From IMG/VR virus record IMGVR_UViG_3300045988_013082, positions 1-42,520 of that record: 42,520 nucleotides of DNA; one strand, written 5' to 3'. Shown one piece after another: positions 9,462 through 17,873 of this stretch. The notes below the pieces were generated by a model. The model saw only the letters and a program-made list of their open reading frames with translations. It searched no databases and was not told the origin of the DNA. Position 1 is the stretch's first letter; each line of letters begins with the position of its first letter. This stretch comes from a virus. The translations under genes were made by a program, and so were the position numbers.

Positions 9462-10028
9462 TTAGTTACCTCCATATAGTGTTTTATATTCTTCAGGGTG
9501 TTTTTCCGAAAAATCGTACCGTTCCTGCGGCGTCATCTTGCGGAATTTTTCGATTGTCATACCACCAGAGTCCTTCCCGGCAGGCAGGTCGTTATTTTTG
9601 GCAAGGCTTTCGGCGGCAGCGGCTTTTTTGACAGCGTCAAGGTGCTTCTGATGATTTTCAAAAACAGCGTCCATATTCCCGTCGGAAAATGCCTTTGCCG
9701 TATCTGCCGCCAACGTCGCATCATAGCCGAGCGTCAAATATCTGGAAGTGTACTCAGAAATCTGTTTTTCTTTCCGAAGGGTTTCAAGTTCTTCCATGAT
9801 TTTCCGCTCATTTTCGGCCCGCTCGGCCTCCTTTGCCTCATCGTCCGTCATCTTCGCCTTAAGCTGCTTCGCCAGATCAGCAGCTTCGGATGCCTTCTTG
9901 TCGAAGGTAGCTTTAGAGACGAACTGTGCCATATCTACAGGATCGGAAAACTCCATTCCGAGAATGGCGTTTCTCGCTTCTTCCGGGAGCGAGTCGAAAT
10001 TAGGAATTTTGCTGGTGTCAATTTTCAT
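9462..10028 (-). CDS. Scaffolding protein
   Basis: The ATG at 10028 has an AAAGGAGAA RBS. The product is 188 aa, highly charged, with a coiled-coil-like composition (KEAERAENERKIMEELETLRKEK), and lies between the MuF-like and capsid genes. Confidence 0.7.
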   Translation of the reverse strand: MKIDTSKIPNFDSLPEEARNAILGMEFSDPVDMAQFVSKATFDKKASEAADLAKQLKAKMTDDEAKEAERAENERKIMEELETLRKEKQISEYTSRYLTLGYDATLAADTAKAFSDGNMDAVFENHQKHLDAVKKAAAAESLAKNNDLPAGKDSGGMTIEKFRKMTPQERYDFSEKHPEEYKTLYGGN

Positions 10029-10211
10029 AATTTTTCTCCTTTGGGTTTTTATCGTTGTTCTCTCAACTATTTTGGGCTTATAGACGTCTCCGTCTTTTCT
10101 GGGCTTTTTAATGTGCATCTCCGCACAAACAAAAACGGCCAGCAAGGGAAAAATCCCTTGCCGACCGTACCTTGTCGCTTCTATTGAACATCACCTTATC
10201 AATAGGACGAT

Positions 10212-10349
10212 ATTCACTTTTTCTCAGGCCGGTATTTTACCTTTCTGGAAACATCTACAACGACGATTCCGGCCCGCTCTTCCTTGATCTCGGCAATTCC
10301 TCCATTTTTTAGAATCGCTTCGACAACTTCGATAACCTCTCTATTCAGC
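10212..10349 (-). CDS. Possible small ORF (45 aa)
   Basis: A TTG lies immediately after the MuF-like stop. Manual translation gives MLNREVIEVVEAILKNGGIAEIKEERAGIVVVDVSRKVKYRPEKK. It fills an otherwise empty 200-nt gap and is below the ORF-track cutoff. Confidence 0.3.
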
Positions 10350-10351
10350 AA

Positions 10352-11008
10352 TCAATCGCGCCTCCCAACCGGGAGCAGGACACATCTGCACCCGTAGTGT
10401 TCCTTTGGCGGAACTTTATTGACGTCGTATACGACGCCGTCCCTCGCATCGCAGTCATCGCAAACTCTTCCGTCTTCCATTGTGCGCCAAACGACCTTCT
10501 GAACGCCGGAATCAATATAGGCGTCCAGCATTGCCTGATCGCAAATGCCGATTCCGTACTGTGTGGTTTGTATCCACCAATATGAAGCAGCTTTTCGCAA
10601 GTCGGCCTGAAAATCCTCCCGGCTGTTAAAAGCTCGATCTGTCAAAATGGCTTCATTCAGCCGCATCCTGCGTCTGTCCGTCTCCTGATCGTAGATATAC
10701 CTTGTAATAGGATTGTATGATTTCAGGTATTCTTGAACCCAAATATTGTCTATTTTTCGCTTTTCCACGCGAAAACCTTGTTCTTCGGCTCTTTCAAATG
10801 CAAACCGATACGCAAAATACCCGCTATCGAGATACATTTTCTGATTCCTTGAGACGAGACGTTCGAAAAGCTCTTTCGTGGCCTTTTTGGTGTTCAGAAC
10901 GTTCAATTCGTCAAAGCCCATGACAGAGAGCCGATTGAACTCTCTTCGAAGGGCCTTTTTCGTTCCTGGGAGTAGTTTATCCAGTCTGCTGTAAATCATC
11001 ATTGACAT
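10352..11008 (-). CDS. Head morphogenesis protein, SPP1 gp7 / Mu F-like
   Basis: 218 aa, directly after the portal gene. The C-terminal CDDCDARDG...HYGCRC motif is typical of the family. Confidence 0.75.
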   Translation of the reverse strand: MSMMIYSRLDKLLPGTKKALRREFNRLSVMGFDELNVLNTKKATKELFERLVSRNQKMYLDSGYFAYRFAFERAEEQGFRVEKRKIDNIWVQEYLKSYNPITRYIYDQETDRRRMRLNEAILTDRAFNSREDFQADLRKAASYWWIQTTQYGIGICDQAMLDAYIDSGVQKVVWRTMEDGRVCDDCDARDGVVYDVNKVPPKEHYGCRCVLLPVGRRD

Positions 11009-12413
11009 CTACCGGCTCCCATTTCTGCATCTGCTCCTGATAGTAATTCTCAGACATATTGAAAGCGGACTGCGGATCGCTGAACATACCGCAGTGTTCA
11101 AACGCGAGTGCAGGGTGAATATGCGAGTTATTAAGCATAGAAACAAGGACCTGTGCCTTGCTCTGGATATTATCGTAGTTGTGGCGGGTAAACTTGATGT
11201 CTACGTCCTTCAGAAGAAGCTCAGTCCCGACAGCCCTGCGAATAATAGACAGTGCGACTTTCAGGAACTCTCTCTCGGAGCGTTTGAAGTTAGCCTCGTC
11301 GGACTTCGCTCTCGCTTCAGCGGTAGACCATCCGTCTCTTACAATAACCGCAGCGCCCGTATCGCTTGTGGATGTTCCGCCGTTTCTGTTCGGCATGCCT
11401 ACAATTTCCAGAACCTTTTGATAGAGATCATCAATCAGAGTCTGCGTCTGAGTCTGGTTGAGCTGCTCGTTGAGAATCTTGATGTCAGCTTTGTTGTCCC
11501 CGAACGATTTCAGGATAATAAGCCCCGCGTCCCGAAGGTTCTTTGCCTTATCTTCATCGATCTCGGCATTATAAAGCACCATAAGGGACTGAATGAACTG
11601 ATCGACGCCGTCTACGCGGTCACTCTGGGTATCGTTGATCGCATCCAGAAGTGGAAGGACAATTTCAAATGCGCCCTGTCGGGAGTTGTTGAGCGTATAC
11701 TCGATGACAGGGATGCTTCCAATGGTGTTTGGTGCTTCCTTTACGATCTTCTCTCCACCGGTCAGCTCATTCCCGACAATCTCGAAATACTCGGTATCCG
11801 TCCAAATGCTATAAACGACGTCCAAATCGTCTTTCTTCACATACTTTACACCCATGACCGGCTTTTCACCGATCCCGGAGTAATGCACGATAAAAGAGCT
11901 TCTTGGGTCGAGACAGTAGATGGAGAAGGGTGATTCGTCACCGAGATCTGGTTTCACTCCCTTAGAAAGAGCCGGGACCGCTTTGGAGATCAGTGCATCG
12001 CTGTTCGGCAAAATAAGCCGGTGCCCAACGCCGCAGATATAGAGCCATTCCGCGATGTCGTTGTCCACACAGGGCTTGTTGCAAAGCTCCATGATGTCGT
12101 TGAGTTCCCCAACCTCTTTACTGGTGTCGTAATCGGACCGGGAAACATACTGGATCGGCTCCCCTAAGAGATACCCAGTTTTGAAAGAGACAATCTCGTT
12201 CGCAATGTTCTCTACAATTTTATTGCAGATTTCAGGGCGAATTTCCTTTTCTCTCGCTAAAACAGGCTGATCTCCCTTGAAATACCGATAAAGGTAATCA
12301 ATATCCGCTCGATTTGCGTTGTGAGCTGTCAGCGCATCGGCAAGCACGCTCAAAACATTGTTCCTATTGACTTTTTCAACGTCTGTTTTGATTTTTGTGC
12401 GTCCGAATTGCAT
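10977..12413 (-). CDS. Portal protein (SPP1 gp6-like)
   Basis: ORF 10977..12443. The ATG at 12413 has a GAAGAGGTGA RBS. Size and position after terL fit, and the N-terminal motif pattern is portal-like. Confidence 0.9.
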   Translation of the reverse strand: MQFGRTKIKTDVEKVNRNNVLSVLADALTAHNANRADIDYLYRYFKGDQPVLAREKEIRPEICNKIVENIANEIVSFKTGYLLGEPIQYVSRSDYDTSKEVGELNDIMELCNKPCVDNDIAEWLYICGVGHRLILPNSDALISKAVPALSKGVKPDLGDESPFSIYCLDPRSSFIVHYSGIGEKPVMGVKYVKKDDLDVVYSIWTDTEYFEIVGNELTGGEKIVKEAPNTIGSIPVIEYTLNNSRQGAFEIVLPLLDAINDTQSDRVDGVDQFIQSLMVLYNAEIDEDKAKNLRDAGLIILKSFGDNKADIKILNEQLNQTQTQTLIDDLYQKVLEIVGMPNRNGGTSTSDTGAAVIVRDGWSTAEARAKSDEANFKRSEREFLKVALSIIRRAVGTELLLKDVDIKFTRHNYDNIQSKAQVLVSMLNNSHIHPALAFEHCGMFSDPQSAFNMSENYYQEQMQKWEPVDVNDDLQQTG

Positions 12414-12477
12414 GAAATCACCTCTTCCATTCCAGTAAACCACATTTCCTAAACTTTTTCAACCGATACAAGCAATG

Positions 12478-12506
12478 TGTTGCACACTTTTGTACCACTT
12501 GTTTTT
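12478..12506. promoter_or_regulatory. Palindrome-containing 29-nt element, copy A (terL-portal spacer)
   Basis: tgttgcacacttttgtaccacttgttttt matches copy B (15143..15171) at 26/29 positions. Confidence 0.6.
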
Positions 12507-12513
12507 ATTTTTC

Positions 12514-14157
12514 TTAAAAAGCTCGTTTTCGAACCTCTACCTGAGCAGAGCCGTGATAAAGTTCGTCTGCCAACATTGCAAGGCTGTCCGGCGCGTCGTC
12601 GTGCGGGTTCTTGCCTGTCTGAGAGAATGTGCAAACTTCCCGCATGAACTCGTCGTACTCCGGCGTCCGATGTTCCTTATCGACAAAGTAGAACCTTTTG
12701 ATCTCAGGGGAGTATTGGATGATCCTGCCGACCTTGCTTTGATTATTGGGCGCTCGCTGAGTCGTGATGTTTGTCCGAACGCCCACAGACGAAAGCTGCC
12801 GGTCGACATCCGCGGCAAACTCTCCGCCGCCGTTGTTGGCCTCGAATCGCTCCTTGTGAGGGGTGTGTTCCTTCGTCCGGTTGACGATCATAGGCTGCGT
12901 GACATCCTTGCTGCCTTTAGAGAAGATAACGTCGTGTATGTAAACGTCTCCGTCTCCCGTAACGTAGGCAAACGGCATCGCCAAACTATCTCCGCCACCC
13001 CACGCAACATCACACACAGCGACTTTGTAGAAATCGCTCTCCGGGAGAACGCCGTTATAATATCGCAGAGCTTCAGCTGGGAAGAGAAGCCCTTCTCGGA
13101 CATAGGGCTTACCCTGATACTTCGCACTCCACGTCGCATCGTCGATACTGGCTTTCATGTCTTTGTAGTATTCTGTCGTAAATCCGAGGCCATATTGATA
13201 ATCAAAGTTCGATTCTCCGTTTTCATTCAAAGCAGGAATGACCCGGAAGCGATACCTCGGATTCCCGGAATACTGTTCTTCGATTCTGCCCAAAGGGTCA
13301 GCAACGTTCCACCTGGTACCGACCATCAGTTCAAAGGCCCCGTCTTTCTTTCGGTCCTTCAGCTGATTCAAATAAGCATCGTATTTTGCCTGTAAACGAA
13401 CGGGATTCAGAGATTCTTCAAGATCCTCTACAAGGTCGTCGACGTACAAACAACCTCCCGTTCCGACCTCAACAGCGCCGGTAAGCGTTCCTCCAATAGA
13501 CCGAGCCGTAAAAGTGGGGAATCGTTTCTTTCTCGCAAGGTCTACCGTTTCGTTCTTTGCAGAATTGTCTACGATCTCTACATCCGGGAATACATCTCCC
13601 CAAAGATAGGTGGATTTATCCGACAAGATGTTCATGACCTCTCGGTAAAACCCGTCCGTTAACTTATCCGAGTGCCCCGACATGACATTCGCCACTTCAG
13701 GCCGTTTCCCCATGATCCATGTCATGAAGAAAATACAAAGGGTGGACTTTCCTACTCGCGGAGGCAGGGAGACGCCTAAAAAATCAAGCTTCCCATTGTT
13801 CAAATCCTGAAGGTCCTGCACAAGAGGCCTTAAAACCCGTCTTCTTGGGACATAGAACCTTCTCGTTTTCTCCCTATTCCATTCCAAATAGACGCAGTAC
13901 GAATCGAAGTCATCCTTCGCCATCAGCAAATACGTCTTTTTGTTTATTTCGAAAAATTTAGAGATCGAAATTCCGTCTTCCAGTTCCTGAACCTTCCGCT
14001 CCGTCTCTTTCCTCAACCATAGAGCCTTCTCTATGGCGCTATCCCTATCCTCTCCGTAAAGGGAACGGACAATATCGAAATAATCTTGATATGCCGAAGC
14101 GTCTGGCCGCTTCTCTATAAACTTCTCAATGTTCTTCAACGTCTCTTCGTAATTCAT
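12514..14157 (-). CDS. terL: Terminase large subunit
   Basis: 547 aa with a Walker A-like PPRVGKST motif. The GGAGGAGAAGG RBS and the position upstream of the portal gene fit. Confidence 0.9.
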   Translation of the reverse strand: MNYEETLKNIEKFIEKRPDASAYQDYFDIVRSLYGEDRDSAIEKALWLRKETERKVQELEDGISISKFFEINKKTYLLMAKDDFDSYCVYLEWNREKTRRFYVPRRRVLRPLVQDLQDLNNGKLDFLGVSLPPRVGKSTLCIFFMTWIMGKRPEVANVMSGHSDKLTDGFYREVMNILSDKSTYLWGDVFPDVEIVDNSAKNETVDLARKKRFPTFTARSIGGTLTGAVEVGTGGCLYVDDLVEDLEESLNPVRLQAKYDAYLNQLKDRKKDGAFELMVGTRWNVADPLGRIEEQYSGNPRYRFRVIPALNENGESNFDYQYGLGFTTEYYKDMKASIDDATWSAKYQGKPYVREGLLFPAEALRYYNGVLPESDFYKVAVCDVAWGGGDSLAMPFAYVTGDGDVYIHDVIFSKGSKDVTQPMIVNRTKEHTPHKERFEANNGGGEFAADVDRQLSSVGVRTNITTQRAPNNQSKVGRIIQYSPEIKRFYFVDKEHRTPEYDEFMREVCTFSQTGKNPHDDAPDSLAMLADELYHGSAQVEVRKRAF

Positions 14158-14168
14158 CCTTCTCCTCC

Positions 14169-14198
14169 AAAAAAGAAAGACTGACGGTAATCCGTCAG
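14169..14198 (-). terminator. Intrinsic-terminator-like hairpin just upstream of the terL RBS
   Basis: On the minus strand: CTGACGG-ATTA-CCGTCAG followed by TCTTTCTTTTTT, which runs straight into the GGAGGAGA RBS of terL. Confidence 0.5.
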
Positions 14199-14466
14199 CC
14201 CTGCTTTGCTGCTTACACCGAACCCTTTATCGGTGCGGTATGTATTCCTTTTTTATTTTTTCGGGAGTAGAGGGGCTAACCCGCTGGGATAGCCTGCCCA
14301 CATATTCCCCCTCCGGTATGTGTGCGGCATTTATGCGCCATCCGTGCATAATATCCGCCGTAGCCGCGATGTATACGCATAATGTTGGCAAATATCCTAG
14401 TTTTGCAGGAAACACAGAACTATTTTGCAAAAACTAACGCAACAAAATAGATATTTGGTGGCGTTA

Positions 14467-15033
14467 TCAATCCTCGACCGTAGAAGATGGTATCGCGTCC
14501 TTGTATTTATCCGCGATTGCATCCGGATCGGCATCATCGCCAAGCGGATTATTAGGCGTAACCACCACGTCTTGTACATCTTTATAGCCGAACATATTTT
14601 TTCCGAGGAAAATGCCAGCAGCCGGATTGACTTTTCCGTTGAGCATCCAGTCGTTCCATTGTTCCTCGATTAGAGCTATGGCTTTTTTAATCACTCCACA
14701 GTGCGTTTCCTTCCTATAATCGCCCCTGCGCCATCTCATCACAGTTTCATGGTCAACGCCAATCCAGTTCCCCATACCGATAATACTTGGTTTCCGATCG
14801 TTTTGCGCGCAATGCATGAAGTATTCTTTGATTCGCTGCTCTACCTGTTTTGGATCGCTAATGTCGATAGGTGGGAGATCCCAAGAGGCGAGGGCAAACC
14901 GAAGGAACCGGCTATTATCGCCTGGCTCTGCGTGCTCGTTCCCAAAGTCCGCCAAATCCGGCCTATTGCGCTTACGCTTTGTTTTAACTACATCTTGAGC
15001 CTGCTCACTCGTCAATTCCTGTGCCTTGCCCAT
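14467..15033 (-). CDS. terS: Terminase small subunit
   Basis: ORF 14467..15042. The ATG at 15033 lies 8 nt after GAGAGG. The product has a basic N-terminus plus an HTH-like core and a C-terminal LGKNMFGYKD-type motif typical of small terminases. Confidence 0.7.
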   Translation of the reverse strand: MGKAQELTSEQAQDVVKTKRKRNRPDLADFGNEHAEPGDNSRFLRFALASWDLPPIDISDPKQVEQRIKEYFMHCAQNDRKPSIIGMGNWIGVDHETVMRWRRGDYRKETHCGVIKKAIALIEEQWNDWMLNGKVNPAAGIFLGKNMFGYKDVQDVVVTPNNPLGDDADPDAIADKYKDAIPSSTVED

Positions 15034-15109
15034 CGTCTTCACCTCTCAAAATTGCGCTTTCGCGTTGCTGCACGCGTGCAAGCTAGCTTGCTGCGCTGCT
15101 GCTAGCGAA

Positions 15110-15138
15110 AGCATAACGTTAATTTTCGCAAAAGTCAA
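15110..15138 (-). promoter_or_regulatory. Candidate promoter of the packaging/structural operon
   Basis: Minus strand reads TTGACT, 17 nt, TATGCT. It lies immediately downstream of element B and about 75 nt upstream of the terS ATG. Confidence 0.5.
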
Positions 15139-15142
15139 ATTT

Positions 15143-15171
15143 TGTGGTACACTTTTGTACCACTTATTTTT
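15143..15171. promoter_or_regulatory. Palindrome-containing 29-nt element, copy B (upstream of terS promoter)
   Basis: tgtggtacacttttgtaccacttattttt contains the perfect inverted repeat GTGGTACA-cttt-TGTACCAC. Confidence 0.6.
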
Positions 15172-15179
15172 GATAGAGT

Positions 15180-15218
15180 AAAAAAGAGCACCGACCGCCG
15201 TTAATCGGTAGTCGGTGC
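15180..15218 (-). terminator. Rho-independent terminator of the RHH gene
   Basis: Minus strand GCACCGAC...GTCGGTGC stem followed by TCTTTTTT. The hairpin overlaps the last codons of the RHH ORF. Confidence 0.6.
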
Positions 15219-15392
15219 CTTGCTCATGCTCTCGCGGATTGCATCCAAAATATACGCCTGTACGCTCTTCCCGGCCCGCTGGGCTGCGTCCCGGATTGCC
15301 GCGCCCTCCTCGATAGTAGGGCGGATCATGATATTATCCCGGCTGGAGTTCCAGCGAGCAGAGGCCCGCTTGTGCGCGTCGCTCACTGCCAT
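15201..15392 (-). CDS. Ribbon-helix-helix (CopG/Arc-like) DNA-binding protein
   Basis: ATG at 15392 after AAGGAGG. The 63-aa product contains IMIRPTIEEGAAIRDAAQRAGKSVQAYILDAIRE, a typical RHH beta-strand plus two helices. It is divergent from the FtsK cassette. Confidence 0.65.
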   Translation of the reverse strand: MAVSDAHKRASARWNSSRDNIMIRPTIEEGAAIRDAAQRAGKSVQAYILDAIRESMSKAPTTD

Positions 15393-15432
15393 GTTGTCGC
15401 CTCCTTTGTGTGTAAGTATATCACGGATCGCG

Positions 15433-15452
15433 CATAACCGTAAACGTGTAAT
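15433..15452. promoter_or_regulatory. Degenerate second copy of the cassette operator
   Basis: cataaccgtaaacgtgtaat matches the 20-bp core of the 15511..15530 palindrome at 14/20 positions. It overlaps a possible RHH promoter (minus strand TTTACG, 18 nt, TATACT). Confidence 0.4.
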
Positions 15453-15503
15453 ATTGCACAAAATACCATGATTTATTTGTGCATATTTTTTCGCTCACAC
15501 CTG

Positions 15504-15532
15504 TTGACTTTATAACCGTTAACGGTTATAAT
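15504..15532 (+). promoter_or_regulatory. Near-consensus sigma-70 promoter overlapped by a 22-bp perfect palindrome
   Basis: TTGACT (15504-15509), 17-nt spacer, TATAAT (15527-15532). The palindrome TTATAACCGTTAACGGTTATAA (15510-15531) fills the spacer and part of the -10. Confidence 0.75.
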
Positions 15533-15594
15533 GAATACGTAAACAAGAGGTGATCCCCTCCCCTATCAGGGCTGGGCAAAATGGAGGTATTACA

Positions 15595-15936
15595 ATGGCT
15601 AAAATGTATTTTGTGGATACGAACGGCGGATATCTTACAGTTGCAGTTGCTGAGCTACCCGGAATAAACATAACAGATTTTCGAGCCTGCTATATGTGGC
15701 AGGATGGCCGCGAAGGAAACTACCCATGCAATAATCCGCGCTGGGATGATGCAGGAGTAGCAGAGCGCGAGGAAATCGCCACGGCATGGCTTAAGCAGCT
15801 TGCAGAGTGCAACGATTTCGAATCGCTCTATTCTGATTGCGATTGCTATAGCGGCTTCCGCGGAGTTTATACCGCGGGCGAATTCTGGCGCGACATCGCC
15901 ACTGGTGATGATATACTCGCCGAAATCGATTTTTGA
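15595..15936 (+). CDS. Hypothetical protein (cassette gene 1)
   Basis: ATG at 15595 lies 8 nt after GGAGG. The product is 113 aa. I recognise no family. Confidence 0.6.
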   Translation: MAKMYFVDTNGGYLTVAVAELPGINITDFRACYMWQDGREGNYPCNNPRWDDAGVAEREEIATAWLKQLAECNDFESLYSDCDCYSGFRGVYTAGEFWRDIATGDDILAEIDF

Positions 15937-16006
15937 TGATTCCGGGCTTCTGGGCGGTTGAGCCGATCAGCCGCACCACATAATCTTAAATCAGGAGGAA
16001 CAAACA

Positions 16007-16660
16007 ATGACAATCATTAAGAACGGCGAAGATTTCCGCATCATCGATCTTTTGAACCAGTACGACAATCTTTACTTTGAGGGCCTGAACGTTTCGGCCC
16101 ATCCGTACTGCAGCAGCCTTGTTGTTATCGACTTGTCGGACGCTATGAAGCCCGGCAAGAGCTGCACGCGCTGGCTTTTCTCGGCCAGCCCGTGGAAGAT
16201 GGACGCTGACCGCCTCTGCATGACGGAATATGTAGAAATGGCCGCGCCTGAGTGCGACACGCTGGCCGAGCTGGTGGCGTGGTTGAGAGCCAGTAAGCCT
16301 CTGCAAGAGGTGGACGGCCTGACTGTTGAAACAGAAGCACAGTCCAGCAGCCGGACATTCTCCCCGTTTGCTCCTGTAAAGCCCGTCAAACTCGGCGAGC
16401 GCCTGAACGCCTCGACGATTGCAAAGGCCATTCGTGCTGGGCAGATCGTCGCAGGGCGTACCGAGGGCCGCTATACTGACGACTATGCAGCCGATGCCGC
16501 CTATGATTTTTACCGGGGCGAAATTGACTTGCAGGCGTTTGCCCAAGACATCTATGAGCATCCCAGCGGCTGGCGCTTTTGGTGGCACGACGAGAGCCGG
16601 AAAGAAATTACGGCAGCTTGTCACACGTTCGATTATAAGAGACTCGCGGTAGCGGTTTGA
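16007..16660 (+). CDS. Hypothetical protein (cassette gene 2)
   Basis: 217-aa ORF with an AGGAGGAA RBS. I recognise no family. Confidence 0.6.
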   Translation: MTIIKNGEDFRIIDLLNQYDNLYFEGLNVSAHPYCSSLVVIDLSDAMKPGKSCTRWLFSASPWKMDADRLCMTEYVEMAAPECDTLAELVAWLRASKPLQEVDGLTVETEAQSSSRTFSPFAPVKPVKLGERLNASTIAKAIRAGQIVAGRTEGRYTDDYAADAAYDFYRGEIDLQAFAQDIYEHPSGWRFWWHDESRKEITAACHTFDYKRLAVAV

Positions 16661-16688
16661 CCGCCCCGCGACGAATGGAGGAATTCTC

Positions 16689-16832
16689 ATGGTAAAGAAC
16701 ATTCTTTGCAGCCTGCGCGATGATGTTCTATCCGGCAAAATCACGCTTCACGAGGCAGCCGAGGAATTGCACGAAAGCGGCTGGACAAACTTCATCGACG
16801 AGGACGCGGCCCGCCGCCTTCTGGGTCTTTAG
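16689..16832 (+). CDS. Small hypothetical protein (cassette gene 3, 47 aa)
   Basis: Manual translation gives MVKNILCSLRDDVLSGKITLHEAAEELHESGWTNFIDEDAARRLLGL. It has a GGAGGAA RBS and is below the ORF-track cutoff. Confidence 0.45.
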   Translation: MVKNILCSLRDDVLSGKITLHEAAEELHESGWTNFIDEDAARRLLGL

Positions 16833-16860
16833 GTGCCAACGAAAATTGGAGGGTTTAATA

Positions 16861-17142
16861 ATGGCTAACTTTTATATTGCAGTCTCTGTAAAACAGGACC
16901 GAAACGAAACCACTTTCACAGAGCGCAAAAACCCGGAATATAATCCCGGCTATTATGCTTTTGTTATCCGCTGTTCCGAAAACGACAACCTTCTGCACAG
17001 TCTGGACTGCATCGGCGGCATTATCCATGCGAACATTCTTCCGACAAAGAAACGCGCCGAAGAAGTCGCGCAGTATTGGAATGACTGCTATAAAGCGAAC
17101 GGAACATATTTCTTCGCCGAACCGAAAGAGGAAATAGCATGA
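16861..17142 (+). CDS. Hypothetical protein (cassette gene 4)
   Basis: ATG at 16861 after GGAGGG. The product is 93 aa. The ORF-track entry 16720..17142 starts too early. Confidence 0.55.
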   Translation: MANFYIAVSVKQDRNETTFTERKNPEYNPGYYAFVIRCSENDNLLHSLDCIGGIIHANILPTKKRAEEVAQYWNDCYKANGTYFFAEPKEEIA

Positions 17143-17870
17143 AAAAGATTACCAACATCGGCGGACGGGTTCCCGGCCTGTTCGCCGACATGCTCGTTCA
17201 ACCGCATGTGTTAATTGCCGGTGCTTCTGGCTCCGGTAAGTCCGTTCTTCTAAATGGGTTGATCTGCTCTATCCTGCGATACCATCCCAACGCCAAGCAG
17301 ATGATCCTGATCGATCCCAAGCGGACAGAGCTTAACGAGTATGCGGATATGCCGCACACCCTCCAGCACGCGACGGAGCCGGGGGATATCGTTTCGGCTT
17401 TGGAATACGCGATGCAGATCACAGAGAACCGTTACAAGGCCATGCAGTGCCGCAGAGAGCGGCTTTATAACGGGGCCGACGTGTATGTTATAATCGACGA
17501 ATTCGCCGACCTCATGACCACCAACAAGCGTCAAACCATGCCGACGGTGCAAAGGCTTTGCCAGATTGGGCGAGCTGCGAAAGTCCATATCATCTTGGCC
17601 ACTCAATGCCCATTGGCTAAGATCCTGCCAACTGAGATCAAAGTCAACTTTACAGCTATCTGCGGGCTGCATACCAGATCCCGACAGGATAGCCGCAACA
17701 TTATTGGCTGTCCGGGCTGTGAGAATCTACCGAGATTCGGTCGGTGCCTTTATCTCACGCCGGAAGGGTTCACGCGGAACCTTGTACCCTATACAAGCGA
17801 TGCTGATATCTTGGCCTATACCGATTTTTACCGCAAGCAAGGCCGCCCTTTCTGGAGGCGAGCAGTATAA
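17139..17870 (+). CDS. FtsK/SpoIIIE-family ATPase, motor domain only
   Basis: 243 aa with Walker A GASGSGKS and Walker B VYVIIDEFADL, plus ILATQ and an arginine-finger region. There are no TM or gamma domains. The ATGA start overlaps gene 4. Confidence 0.8.
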   Translation: MKKITNIGGRVPGLFADMLVQPHVLIAGASGSGKSVLLNGLICSILRYHPNAKQMILIDPKRTELNEYADMPHTLQHATEPGDIVSALEYAMQITENRYKAMQCRRERLYNGADVYVIIDEFADLMTTNKRQTMPTVQRLCQIGRAAKVHIILATQCPLAKILPTEIKVNFTAICGLHTRSRQDSRNIIGCPGCENLPRFGRCLYLTPEGFTRNLVPYTSDADILAYTDFYRKQGRPFWRRAV

Positions 17871-17873
17871 AGC

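Noticed and set aside
8521-9465. Long antisense ORFs inside well-supported genes: 8521-9465 (+), 3838-4812 (+), 12475-13395 (+), 9498-10187 (+), 11094-11933 (+), 15986-16744 (-), 20275-20889 (+), 37413-37946 (+)
   Set aside because: Each lies fully within and opposite to a gene with clear family motifs. Their products are Arg/Ser/Cys/Pro-rich and low in complexity, and none has an RBS. They are typical shadow ORFs of GC-rich coding DNA.
14227-14430. 67-aa minus-strand ORF (and the 65-aa plus-strand ORF) in the terS-terL spacer
   Set aside because: It has a TTG start with no RBS, an odd composition and overlapping mirror ORFs on both strands. I treat the region as non-coding.
16720-17142. 140-aa ORF in the FtsK cassette
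   Set aside because: The first 47 codons overlap a better small ORF (16689-16832) in another frame and look non-protein-like. ATG 16861 has a GGAGGG RBS.
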